Virus genome (UHGV): UHGV-0096064
Source: a virus
Direction: 5' to 3' (one strand)
Length of the DNA: 64,000 bases
The notes below the pieces were generated by a model that worked only from the letters and a program-made list of their open reading frames with translations, was not told the DNA's origin and ran no database searches. Made by a program: the position numbers and the translations under genes. This document shows, piece by piece, positions 52,472-61,052 of this stretch (positions are counted from its first letter, which is position 1; each line of letters opens with the position of its first letter).

Positions 52472-52795
52472 ATGAGAGAGCCCATTAAGCACGCCGTCGC
52501 CTCGTTGCGTAAGGACAAGGAGAAATACTTTGCCCAACTTAGACAGGCGCAAGACAGGTACGAGGCCAGCGCCCGGCTGTTGGCTGTAGCCGCTTCCCCG
52601 TACCAGATTGGGGACAGGCTCCGCTATTACCGTCCCGACATCGGAGACGAGGCCGCCGGGATTGTGGTCGACATTATTGCCCCTGCTGTGGGCAAGGGTG
52701 ACTTCTGCCTGACCGTGCGCCGCCGTCTCCGCAACGGCGCGTTCTACCCATACGTCGAGTTCGTCCACAAGGAGGACATTATATGCGAGAAGTAA
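52472..52795 (+). CDS. hypothetical protein, tandem paralog 1 (coiled N-terminus + GDxxRY beta domain)
   Basis: PYQIGDRLRYYRPDIGDEAAGIVVDII matches PYEVGDVVRYREKHTQRTLIGRIIKVV in the next gene. Confidence 0.45.
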   Translation: MREPIKHAVASLRKDKEKYFAQLRQAQDRYEASARLLAVAASPYQIGDRLRYYRPDIGDEAAGIVVDIIAPAVGKGDFCLTVRRRLRNGAFYPYVEFVHKEDIICEK

Positions 52796-53127
52796 ATGTA
52801 GAGGAAGCCATCCAGTCTATGGTTGGCGTACAGCGCATGGCGGACAGGCTGAACCGTGCCCGTCAGGACTACAGCGTGGTCGTCCATGAGTTTCTGGATA
52901 AGTTCTGCCCTTACGAGGTGGGAGATGTTGTCCGGTACAGGGAGAAGCATACCCAACGCACTCTGATAGGACGCATTATCAAGGTCGTCCCGAACCTGTC
53001 GGGCAACATCAATCAGGGGCTCTACAAACTGGAGATATGCAAGCGGACGGGCATCGGCACCTATCGCCGGGTGCCGGATATTGTGGACATGGGATATGTC
53101 ATGGAGGTTTTCAATGGCGGTTACTGA
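52783..53127 (+). CDS. hypothetical protein, tandem paralog 2
   Basis: Same architecture as 52472..52795. Confidence 0.45.
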   Translation: MREVNVEEAIQSMVGVQRMADRLNRARQDYSVVVHEFLDKFCPYEVGDVVRYREKHTQRTLIGRIIKVVPNLSGNINQGLYKLEICKRTGIGTYRRVPDIVDMGYVMEVFNGGY

Positions 53128-53461
53128 TTATCTCCGTCCGGTGAAACACCACACTTGCGGCATCCCGCCTCTCGTGATGATGAGCTTGCGCAACTTCTCC
53201 CTCGCCGCTCCCAAGCGGCTGGTGGACTTGGCACGGGAGACCTATGACAACCTGTGCGGACGGATAGAGGACTGCCTGTCCGGTCGTGGGGTGCCCGTCG
53301 ACAAGGAGGAACTCGCCGCCGAGATTGCGGCGCACCTTATCATTGACGCCGCCTATCTCCACGACAGGCTCAGGGTGGCGGGTGCCCTCGTCGGGCCATT
53401 CCCCTATGACTACCTCGCCGACCGTATCATGCCGAGGAAAGACAAGGAGATAATCCAATGA
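53114..53461 (+). CDS. hypothetical protein
   Basis: ATG preceded by GGAGG. 115 aa. Confidence 0.4.
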   Translation: MAVTDYLRPVKHHTCGIPPLVMMSLRNFSLAAPKRLVDLARETYDNLCGRIEDCLSGRGVPVDKEELAAEIAAHLIIDAAYLHDRLRVAGALVGPFPYDYLADRIMPRKDKEIIQ

Positions 53462-53904
53462 CTTACTATGTGTTGGGATTCGTCCTCGACCTTGAGCGCA
53501 ACAAGGCGTGGCTCATTGAGAAGCGCCGCCCGGAGTGGCAGTGCGGGAAACTGAACGGCATCGGCGGACACGTCGAGCCGGGGGAGGCACCCCTCGCCGC
53601 CATGCAGCGGGAGTGTTACGAAGAATCAGGATATGACACGGGAGACTGGGTAAATGTAGGCGTACTGGAAGGTAACAACTTTGTTATCAACGTCTATTAT
53701 ACCCTTGTAAATCCAGAGGTTAAGCTGAGGACAGCGACGGATGAGAACATTCATCTCGTCGATATGTACAAGGTAATGACCATCGGTTCCCGTGGGGTTG
53801 AACATCTCCCCCTCTGCTTGGGGTTGTGCTTGGCGCATATCCAAACTGGCGGGGCTGTTGATGCCCACATAACTTTTTCCGATTTTTATCCGCATAACGG
53901 TTGA
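53458..53904 (+). CDS. Nudix hydrolase
   Basis: Canonical Nudix box GHVEPGEAPLAAMQRECYEESGY (G-x5-E-x7-REUxEExGU). Confidence 0.8.
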   Translation: MTYYVLGFVLDLERNKAWLIEKRRPEWQCGKLNGIGGHVEPGEAPLAAMQRECYEESGYDTGDWVNVGVLEGNNFVINVYYTLVNPEVKLRTATDENIHLVDMYKVMTIGSRGVEHLPLCLGLCLAHIQTGGAVDAHITFSDFYPHNG

Positions 53905-53929
53905 CATTAGGTTCCCGTTCCAGTATCCA
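53901..53929 (+). promoter_or_regulatory. promoter-like TTGACA-N17-TATCCA with duplicated CCAGT motif
   Basis: Overlaps the Nudix gene stop, ~55 nt upstream of the MucR-like gene start. Confidence 0.35.
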
Positions 53930-53983
53930 GTACGTAAGGGTGGGCACTGCCACCAGCAACAAAACACTTTAAGGAGAAACGTC

Positions 53984-54427
53984 ATGTCTGACTATCGTGA
54001 AATGGCTCTGGACTTCATGAACAAGCAGGCTACCATTCGTGAAATGACTCCCGCCGAATACGTCGCCGGGGTTAAGGAAGCCGAGAAGCAGTTCGAGCTG
54101 CTCGATCAGGTCGAGGAGGAATCCTCTGACCAGACCATGCTCGTCGCTGACCCCGCCACTGCCATCAAGGAACGCACCATCACTTGCTGCTGCTGCGGGA
54201 ACCAGTACCGCCTGCTGACCCGCAAGCACCTTGCCAGCCACGGGTTGGACTATGAACAATACCGCCAGCTTTGCGGCTACAAGCCTGACCTTCCCCTTAT
54301 CGCCAAGTCCTTGCAGCGTGAGCGCCGCAACCGCATGCGCGAGATGCGCCTGTGGCAGAAGAAGGAAGGCGCTCAGGGTCATGAGCAGGCTCAGGTTCTC
54401 CCCAAGCCCAAGGCTTTAGAGGACTAG
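53984..54427 (+). CDS. Ros/MucR-family zinc-finger transcriptional regulator
   Basis: ERTITCCCCGNQYRLLTRKHLASHGLDYEQYRQLCGYKPDLPLIAKSLQRERRNRMREM aligns with the Ros/MucR core ([56 protein letters not shown]). Confidence 0.65.
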   Translation: MSDYREMALDFMNKQATIREMTPAEYVAGVKEAEKQFELLDQVEEESSDQTMLVADPATAIKERTITCCCCGNQYRLLTRKHLASHGLDYEQYRQLCGYKPDLPLIAKSLQRERRNRMREMRLWQKKEGAQGHEQAQVLPKPKALED

Positions 54428-54437
54428 GAGGCTGGTC

Positions 54438-55301
54438 ATGGAACAGCAAGAACTTGAACAGCGGATAGTCCAGTTGGAGGCTACCGTAAACGCTCTGGTC
54501 ACGCAGTTCCTTCCCCCCGTCACGGAACGGCTCGCCGCCTTGGAACGCATCGTCCGGGTTATCAAGCCGGAAGGGACAGAGGGAGAGGAGAAGCCAGCGG
54601 CTGAACCGCGCAAGCGTTCCGCCCTGTCCTACCGGATGTACCAGATGGTGAAGCTCCTGCATGAGCAGGGCGCTCCCGTGAAGGAAATCGTCAGTCGGTG
54701 CGACTTGCCCTATACGACCGTGCGGGCGTACATCAATCTCTCTCCCGAACGTGTCGAGCAGCTTCGGCAGAAGCAGGAGAAGAAGGATGCGGAAGCGGCG
54801 GAACGTGCGCTGCGTGCGATGCGCAAGCAGGCGAAAGAGATGGGCAACGACATGCCCGTACCTCCTCCGCCCGCTGGTGCCGATGCTGACGTGGACGCTC
54901 CGGCTGGCGTGGTGGTAGGCACGGTCGACCCGAAGACGCCTCGTGAGGAGGCGTATGTGGCGGCCCAGAACCAGTCCGTCCTGTCTGCCGAGGGGACGCT
55001 CGCCAACCCCACGGTGGCGGCGGAACCCGTGCCGACCGAGGCCGTAGCCGAGGACAGCTATCAGGTCGAGTGCCCCCGTTCGATGGAGCCCTACGGTTCC
55101 GCCGGATGGTATGACTGGACGCATGAGCTGCGGACGTTCGCTCAGTCTCACCAGTTCCCCGATGGGTTCCCTCGTTTCTATCCCGTCGACAGGGGTACGC
55201 TGGTCTACGTCCAGTACATGAACGAGCAGGTGGAGCCGACGCCTGTCGCCGCTGGCGCGGTCGATTGGGCCTTCTCCGTACTGCGTTGGAAGTTGGTATA
55301 G
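54438..55301 (+). CDS. HTH-containing putative transcription regulator
   Basis: Leu-zipper-like N-terminus. HTH-like YRMYQMVKLLHEQGAPVKEIVSRCDLPYTTVRAYIN. Poly-Pro/Ala linker. Confidence 0.45.
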   Translation: MEQQELEQRIVQLEATVNALVTQFLPPVTERLAALERIVRVIKPEGTEGEEKPAAEPRKRSALSYRMYQMVKLLHEQGAPVKEIVSRCDLPYTTVRAYINLSPERVEQLRQKQEKKDAEAAERALRAMRKQAKEMGNDMPVPPPPAGADADVDAPAGVVVGTVDPKTPREEAYVAAQNQSVLSAEGTLANPTVAAEPVPTEAVAEDSYQVECPRSMEPYGSAGWYDWTHELRTFAQSHQFPDGFPRFYPVDRGTLVYVQYMNEQVEPTPVAAGAVDWAFSVLRWKLV

Positions 55302-55348
55302 TTTTATCGGTGGCGGCACACGCTGCCGCTACCCATTAAAATTGTGCG

Positions 55349-57457
55349 GTGGGTACAATGCGTTGCGTCTATCTGGACATCGAGACTTACTACGACTCCG
55401 AGTATACGCTCAAGAAGCTGTCGATGGAGTCCTATATCCGAGACCCACGGTTCGAGCTGTACCTTCTCGGCGTCGCCGTGGACGACTATCCTGTCCATAT
55501 GGTCGACGCGGCACAGGTGCCAGCCGCATTGAAGGCTCTTGCCCTCGACGCCCCGGACTGCATCACCTTCATCCAGAACGCCAAGTTCGACGCGAGCGCC
55601 CTCGTGTGGAGGTACGGCGTAAGGATAGCCAACCCCGTATGCACGCGGGCAATGGCCCGGTGGGTGGGCATCAGCCGCCTTACGCAGGAGTCGCTGGCGG
55701 CGCAGTGCGAGTTCCTCGGCACGGGCGTCAAGGGAGACTTCATCCAGAACATGCAGGGCAAGCGCGTCGCCGACCTCACAGCCGACGAGTACGCCGCCTA
55801 CAAGCTGTACTGCACGCATGACGTGGAGCAGCTCAGGTCGAACGTGAAGAAGATGCTCCCGTTCATGACGGTCGACGCGCTCCGGTTCATCATCCTGACC
55901 ACCAAGATGTACACCGACCTCGTGTTCGACTTGGACAGGAACCTGCTCTCCAAGTATTACCAACAGTTGAAGGACAACCACAGGCGGGCGCAACAGGAGC
56001 TCCAGCGCCTGTTCCGGTTCGACTCGCCGGAAGAATTTCTCAAGGCCATCCGCAGCAAGAAGAAGTTCTGCGAGATGCTGGAGTCCATCGGCGGCGTAGT
56101 GCCCTACAAGGAGAGTGAGAAGAAGACGGCGACGAGGCTCAAGCAACTCCAGCTTGAACTGGAGGCGCTCCCTCAAGGCTCGCCGGAAGCCGCCGCCATC
56201 AACCGGACGATTGAGGAAGGGACGTATGTGGTCATGGAACCAGCCCTCGCCAAGAATGACTTGGCTTTCATCGAGCTCATGAACTCTCCCAATCCCGACA
56301 TCGCCGCGCTTGCCACGGCACGGGCGGAGAACAACAGCTCCATCTCCATGTCCCGTGCGGCGACGTTCCTCGACGTGTCCACACGGGGCAAGCTCCCCGT
56401 TCCGCTTGAAGCGTTCCACGCATGGACGGGACGCTACGCTGCGGGGAGTGGCGAGGATGCCAAGTCCGATGGGCTGAACCTCCAGAACCTAGCCAAGAGG
56501 ACGGGAGACAAGACGCTTCGCAAGTGTGTCCGTGCGCCGCAGGGCTGCAAGATTGTGGCTGCCGACTCCTCCCAGATTGAGGCCCGTACCTTGGCATGGC
56601 TTGCCAACGAGAATGACCTCTTGGAAGACTTCCGTTCCGGTGCCGACCCGTACTGCCGCATGGCTGCGGTCGCCTACTCCGAACCGTATGACACCATCCT
56701 GTATTGGGCCAAGGGTGCCGGGGCCAAAGACCCTGACGGAGACCCGGAGCTGAAAGCTAAGTACAAGCAGTACCGCAACATAGGCAAGACGATGGTGCTC
56801 CAGCTTGGGTACTACAGCGGCGGGGCCAAGCTCTCCCTGTACATGATGCAGAGCGGCATCCAGTTGAAGCCTACCAAAGAGGAACACGATGCCGAATGCA
56901 AGCGCCTCGTCCAGACTTATCGGCAGACCAACCGTGCCATCCGCGCCTTCTGGACTATATGCGATGACGTCATCGTCCAGTTGGTGAACGGGAACACGGG
57001 ATACTTCGGCGGCCCGGAAGGGAAGACGTACTACTATGACGGGCGGCATCAGGTCTTCGGGCGGACGGTGCCCGGCATCCTGTTCCCTGACGGGTACTGG
57101 TTGCTCTATCCCAACTTGCGGACATCCATAGACGAGAACACGCAGCGGCCCATTTACGTTTACGACAAGATGGAAAAAGGTCGCAAGGTAACTGTACAAT
57201 TGCATAGCGGTGTGTTATGTAACAACATCACGCAAGGGCTGGCGTTCTCATTGATGCGTTGGCAGGCGCTTCTCATTAACGAGAAGTATCCAGTTCGTAT
57301 CAACATCCATGACGCATGGGGCGTTGTGGTTGAGGAAGCGGAAGCTGACGAGGCCGTGGCCTATATGCGCAAGTGTATGAAGTCCCTGCCTGATTGGGCC
57401 AATGGGTTGCCTGTCAACTGCGACGTTGAAATGGGCGATGATTTCACCATAGTATAG
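55349..57457 (+). CDS. DNA polymerase, family A, with N-terminal 3'-5' exonuclease domain
   Basis: Exo I YLDIETYYD. Pol motif A DSSQIEARTLAWL, motif B KQYRNIGKTMVLQLGYYSGGAKL, motif C-like INIHDAWGVVVEE. ATG at 55358 is an alternative start. Confidence 0.8.
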   Translation: MGTMRCVYLDIETYYDSEYTLKKLSMESYIRDPRFELYLLGVAVDDYPVHMVDAAQVPAALKALALDAPDCITFIQNAKFDASALVWRYGVRIANPVCTRAMARWVGISRLTQESLAAQCEFLGTGVKGDFIQNMQGKRVADLTADEYAAYKLYCTHDVEQLRSNVKKMLPFMTVDALRFIILTTKMYTDLVFDLDRNLLSKYYQQLKDNHRRAQQELQRLFRFDSPEEFLKAIRSKKKFCEMLESIGGVVPYKESEKKTATRLKQLQLELEALPQGSPEAAAINRTIEEGTYVVMEPALAKNDLAFIELMNSPNPDIAALATARAENNSSISMSRAATFLDVSTRGKLPVPLEAFHAWTGRYAAGSGEDAKSDGLNLQNLAKRTGDKTLRKCVRAPQGCKIVAADSSQIEARTLAWLANENDLLEDFRSGADPYCRMAAVAYSEPYDTILYWAKGAGAKDPDGDPELKAKYKQYRNIGKTMVLQLGYYSGGAKLSLYMMQSGIQLKPTKEEHDAECKRLVQTYRQTNRAIRAFWTICDDVIVQLVNGNTGYFGGPEGKTYYYDGRHQVFGRTVPGILFPDGYWLLYPNLRTSIDENTQRPIYVYDKMEKGRKVTVQLHSGVLCNNITQGLAFSLMRWQALLINEKYPVRINIHDAWGVVVEEAEADEAVAYMRKCMKSLPDWANGLPVNCDVEMGDDFTIV

Positions 57458-57467
57458 GAGTGGTAAC

Positions 57468-58220
57468 GTGGCTGAAAAGAAGCAATACGGTATCGGCATG
57501 GGTGTCTTGTCGCCTACGGCGTTGAAGACATTCGCCACTTGTCCGAGGAAATATCAGGCAATGTACATCACCAAAGAGGTGAAGTATACGCAATCTCCCG
57601 CCGCCGTCCGAGGCGACAAGCTCCACACCTTGATGGAAGCGGCGTGCCGGGAAGGATGGAACACCATCCAGTGGCCCGAAGCGGGCAACATGCAGCATGC
57701 CCGTGGGTTCGTTCAGGCCGTCGCCAACTTGAAGGCCGCCGGGTGGCTTGTCCGTCCCGAACTCCAGACCGCCGTCAGCCGTGACGGGAAGACGAAGGAC
57801 TGGTTCGACAAGGCACCGGAAAGTTTCCTTCGCAGCCGCATCGACATCTGCGCCACCAACCCGGCGTTCCCCTACGCCATCGTCATCGACTGGAAGACGG
57901 GGAAGAAGTACGATGTGGACACCATCCAGTTGGCTATCAACGCCATGTGCTTGCAGCCCCAAACTGGAATCTCCGATTACAAGATGATGTTCGCCTACCT
58001 CGACAGCGGGGATGTGGTCGAACACTCTTGCCACCTCCCCCCTGTCCCTTTCTCCCGGTATGGGGAGGTGGTTCATCAGCTCCATCCTGACGTGGCGAAA
58101 GTGTACGAGCTCATCGGCACGTTGGAGGAACAATACAAGGTCGACGTGTGGCCTGAGAAGGCCAACCGTTTCTGTGACTGGTGCGATGTCCAGTCGTGCC
58201 CCAAAAAACAAGGCAGGTGA
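57468..58220 (+). CDS. PD-(D/E)XK nuclease, Cas4/RecB-like with Fe-S cysteines
   Basis: IVIDWKTGKK (D-x-K) core. N-terminal Cys (FATCPRKY) plus C-terminal CDWCDVQSC, a four-Cys pattern typical of Cas4/AddB nucleases. Confidence 0.65.
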   Translation: MAEKKQYGIGMGVLSPTALKTFATCPRKYQAMYITKEVKYTQSPAAVRGDKLHTLMEAACREGWNTIQWPEAGNMQHARGFVQAVANLKAAGWLVRPELQTAVSRDGKTKDWFDKAPESFLRSRIDICATNPAFPYAIVIDWKTGKKYDVDTIQLAINAMCLQPQTGISDYKMMFAYLDSGDVVEHSCHLPPVPFSRYGEVVHQLHPDVAKVYELIGTLEEQYKVDVWPEKANRFCDWCDVQSCPKKQGR

Positions 58221-58222
58221 TA

Positions 58223-58510
58223 ATGGCTATAGTGGATGTAGTTTACGTCCCCGGTACCAATGGAGTGGCAACGACCCCGTTGGCTGCGATGTTCGATAAT
58301 GTGTACAATATCATGCGCTCGTTGAACGGAACCACGCAGCCCATTGAACGAGTTCAGTTCAACACGGAGGTTCATAGTTTCTACATCACGACGCATGTGA
58401 ACGGTGAGAAACTTCGTATCCAGATGGATATGACCGACCTCGTCGTGGTTCAGATAGACAGCGAGCTGACGCGGAACCTTTTCAAGCAGTATTACAAACA
58501 GTTCAATTAG
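58223..58510 (+). CDS. hypothetical protein
   Basis: 95 aa from an internal ATG of track ORF 58181..58510. Confidence 0.35.
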   Translation: MAIVDVVYVPGTNGVATTPLAAMFDNVYNIMRSLNGTTQPIERVQFNTEVHSFYITTHVNGEKLRIQMDMTDLVVVQIDSELTRNLFKQYYKQFN

Positions 58511-58519
58511 GAGGACATT

Positions 58520-58831
58520 ATGACTCATAACGTGCTTATCGAAATTCACATGGATGAACCCAAGACCCTGCTGGACAAATGCTTCATTGATTTGAAAAGG
58601 GGGTTCGACGCCATCTGCACGGACGTGGACGGCTTTGGCGACATCCTGCTCGACACGGGTACCCATATCCTCCAGATTCCGCTGGTGATGGGCAACAATA
58701 CCCGGACGCTTGCCATCAACGTGGCGCTCTTGGCGCAGCTCACCATCGACTTCGATGAACTGTGCCGCATCCTCAAGCGGTATATGGAGTGGCGAGACGA
58801 AAAGGAGGGTAAGGGTTGTGGCAATCAGTAG
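58520..58831 (+). CDS. hypothetical protein
   Basis: 103-aa ORF. Confidence 0.35.
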   Translation: MTHNVLIEIHMDEPKTLLDKCFIDLKRGFDAICTDVDGFGDILLDTGTHILQIPLVMGNNTRTLAINVALLAQLTIDFDELCRILKRYMEWRDEKEGKGCGNQ

Positions 58832-59210
58832 TCTGTATGATGAAGAAACCCGGATGTACAACATCTATGGGGAGAACCTCTCCAACCGGGCCATCGAGTT
58901 TCTTGAGTTCGCCACCGAGGTGTTGCGTCATATCGAACATTATACGGTGCCTCAGTATGGAGACGCTCCTAGCGACCAGATGAGCACGGCGACGGAACAG
59001 GATGCCAAGTTCAGCATCCAGCGGTACTTGAACCGGATGGGGCAGAACAGCCGGGGCGCTGGCGAACAGGCCCGTGACCTGCTCAAGATAGCCCACTACG
59101 CTGCCATCATCTGGGGAATGCGTGGCCTCAATTCCATTAACCCCGTCATCTATCAGGGCGTCAATGAACTGGAACCCCTGACTATGGAGGATGCACATGC
59201 CCGTTCTTAA
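58818..59210 (+). CDS. hypothetical protein (probable GTG start after AAAAGGAGGG)
   Basis: In-frame part of track ORF 58710..59210. Confidence 0.35.
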   Translation: MAISSLYDEETRMYNIYGENLSNRAIEFLEFATEVLRHIEHYTVPQYGDAPSDQMSTATEQDAKFSIQRYLNRMGQNSRGAGEQARDLLKIAHYAAIIWGMRGLNSINPVIYQGVNELEPLTMEDAHARS

Positions 59211-59688
59211 CACTCCCGAAGGTAAGGTAAAGCGCGCTGGTCGTGCCATTTGCAAGGAAGTCGGCGTCTACCATTTCCCCGTCCAACAGGGCGGCACCAG
59301 CAACGCGGGCATCCCTGACGATGTGGTGTGCGCTTGGGGCCTCTTCCTCCAGATTGAGTACAAGCACCACATGGTCTGGGACAAGCGTACCGTGACGGCC
59401 TACCGCTCCCTCCCCTCTGACCGTCAGGTCTGGATGATGGAGAAGTGCCGCCGGGGTCTGGGCGTGACGTGGGTCATCGACGATACCAACCTGCACCTTC
59501 TCGAACCGAGCCTGCGGGCCATTGAGGAAGTGGCTGGCGAACCCGTCGCCTTTATCTGGCAGACGGCGATGAACGCTCCGGTGGTGTGGGATTGGTCGTA
59601 TGCCGACTTCGCCATGTACAAGAAGGGCATAGGCTCCGTCGAGCGCTGCCTCGGACGCAGCATTCCCGTCTACGTCAAGGGGATGTAA
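59191..59688 (+). CDS. VRR-NUC domain nuclease
   Basis: GIPDDVVCAWGLFLQIEYK fits the VRR-NUC PD-(D/E)XK core (G.PD...G...IE.K). Confidence 0.6.
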   Translation: MHMPVLNTPEGKVKRAGRAICKEVGVYHFPVQQGGTSNAGIPDDVVCAWGLFLQIEYKHHMVWDKRTVTAYRSLPSDRQVWMMEKCRRGLGVTWVIDDTNLHLLEPSLRAIEEVAGEPVAFIWQTAMNAPVVWDWSYADFAMYKKGIGSVERCLGRSIPVYVKGM

Positions 59689-59690
59689 TC

Positions 59691-60359
59691 ATGCCAAGCA
59701 GTCTCTTGCCAGCAAATGAATACTTTGTCGAGTTCATCCCGCAGGCCGGGAGTTCCGCTCATGTCGTCATTGACCTTGAGACCTTGGATACGAAGCCGTC
59801 CGCTGCCGTCATCGCCGTGGGCGCAGCCGCCGTCATCCCGGATTCACGCAAGACGTACCTCTTCTACTATCCGGTCACGCTCGACTCCAACCTTGAGGTC
59901 GGACGCACCATCAACGGCGACACGCTCGGCTGGTGGATGCGGCTGGTTCCTCAAAGCCCCGAAGCCGCCAAGCTCATGGAAGTGGTCAGCCTGTCCGGGG
60001 AGGAGAACACCCATTACGGATTGGGGCATGTGCTCATCAAGCTCTTCGACTGGTTGCATAATCTCGTAAAGGATAAGTCCAACCTGTACGTGTGGGGCAA
60101 CGGTGCCGACTTCGACATCGCCATCCTGAACAGCGCCTTTGCTGGCTGCGGTCTGGACATCCCGTGGTACTACGGGAATGTACGATGCTTGCGTACACTT
60201 CGGTTCGTGTCCGGATTCCACGACAAGTGGCCTGACTACTACGATATGGTCAAGCCTATGGTTCCCCATCACGCCATGTATGATGCACTAGCCGAGGCCC
60301 TGTGGCTCGACGTCATCCTCGACAACCTCAACCACCAGAAGTTCCAACATGCTGATTGA
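59691..60359 (+). CDS. DEDDh 3'-5' exonuclease (DnaQ/RNase T-like)
   Basis: Exo I VIDLETLDT, Exo II WGNGADFDIAIL, Exo III HHAMYDALAEA. Confidence 0.75.
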   Translation: MPSSLLPANEYFVEFIPQAGSSAHVVIDLETLDTKPSAAVIAVGAAAVIPDSRKTYLFYYPVTLDSNLEVGRTINGDTLGWWMRLVPQSPEAAKLMEVVSLSGEENTHYGLGHVLIKLFDWLHNLVKDKSNLYVWGNGADFDIAILNSAFAGCGLDIPWYYGNVRCLRTLRFVSGFHDKWPDYYDMVKPMVPHHAMYDALAEALWLDVILDNLNHQKFQHAD

Positions 60360-60759
60360 CAGATACAACGAAGACGACCTCACCATATCTTTCGATGCGG
60401 CCTATGATGTCTTCAAGAAGGCTACCGAGTATTGGCTGAACAAATTCGGTATGCACGATTGGGAAGTGTACATCGACTGCAAGAACCAGCCGGGGTACTA
60501 CGCCCACTTCGACATCAATTGGGAAGGGAAGATGGTTCAGATTGACATCTCCAATGCCCCGGAAACGGTATGGACTGAGGAGCGCGCCAAGCAGACGGCG
60601 TTCCATGAAGTGCTTGAGGTACTCCTGTTCGAGCAGAAGCACATCATGGAGACCATCAAGGACGAGGACGCCCGGCTGGAGGCTCTGGAAGCCAACCGCC
60701 ACGAGCTCATCCACAGGTTGATGCCCATCTGCCTGACGGCAAAAGCTGCGGGATACTAG
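60349..60759 (+). CDS. hypothetical protein
   Basis: 136 aa. Contains HELIH (HExxH) near the C-terminus; significance unknown. Confidence 0.35.
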   Translation: MLIDRYNEDDLTISFDAAYDVFKKATEYWLNKFGMHDWEVYIDCKNQPGYYAHFDINWEGKMVQIDISNAPETVWTEERAKQTAFHEVLEVLLFEQKHIMETIKDEDARLEALEANRHELIHRLMPICLTAKAAGY

Positions 60760-60760
60760 T

Positions 60761-61051
60761 ATGCAGGGCCGTTTCTTTTTCCGGGTTGAGCCAAGGGTAG
60801 GCAAGGACATGGTGGTGTATGCTTACCACATCAGCCATGCCGTGCTTATCTTCCGGGAAGTGGTAACGCATAACTTCTACTGCGACATCGACAGCGCCGT
60901 GCTGCGGAAGATTGAACTGGATGACCCCGTAAACTTCGCCTATCGTACCATAACCCGTGTCTCGTTGAAGCAGCTCCCCAACGATACGACGATATGGGCC
61001 GTGGACGATGACGACAACGTGTTGAGATTCAAGCCTGACGAGTGGGTATAG
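60761..61051 (+). CDS. hypothetical protein
   Basis: 96-aa ORF. Confidence 0.35.
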   Translation: MQGRFFFRVEPRVGKDMVVYAYHISHAVLIFREVVTHNFYCDIDSAVLRKIELDDPVNFAYRTITRVSLKQLPNDTTIWAVDDDDNVLRFKPDEWV

Positions 61052-61052
61052 C

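Noticed and set aside
60349-60759. HELIH (HExxH) in the 136-aa early protein as a metallopeptidase
   Set aside because: Isolated motif without the surrounding zincin features that I can recognise; could be chance. Left as hypothetical.
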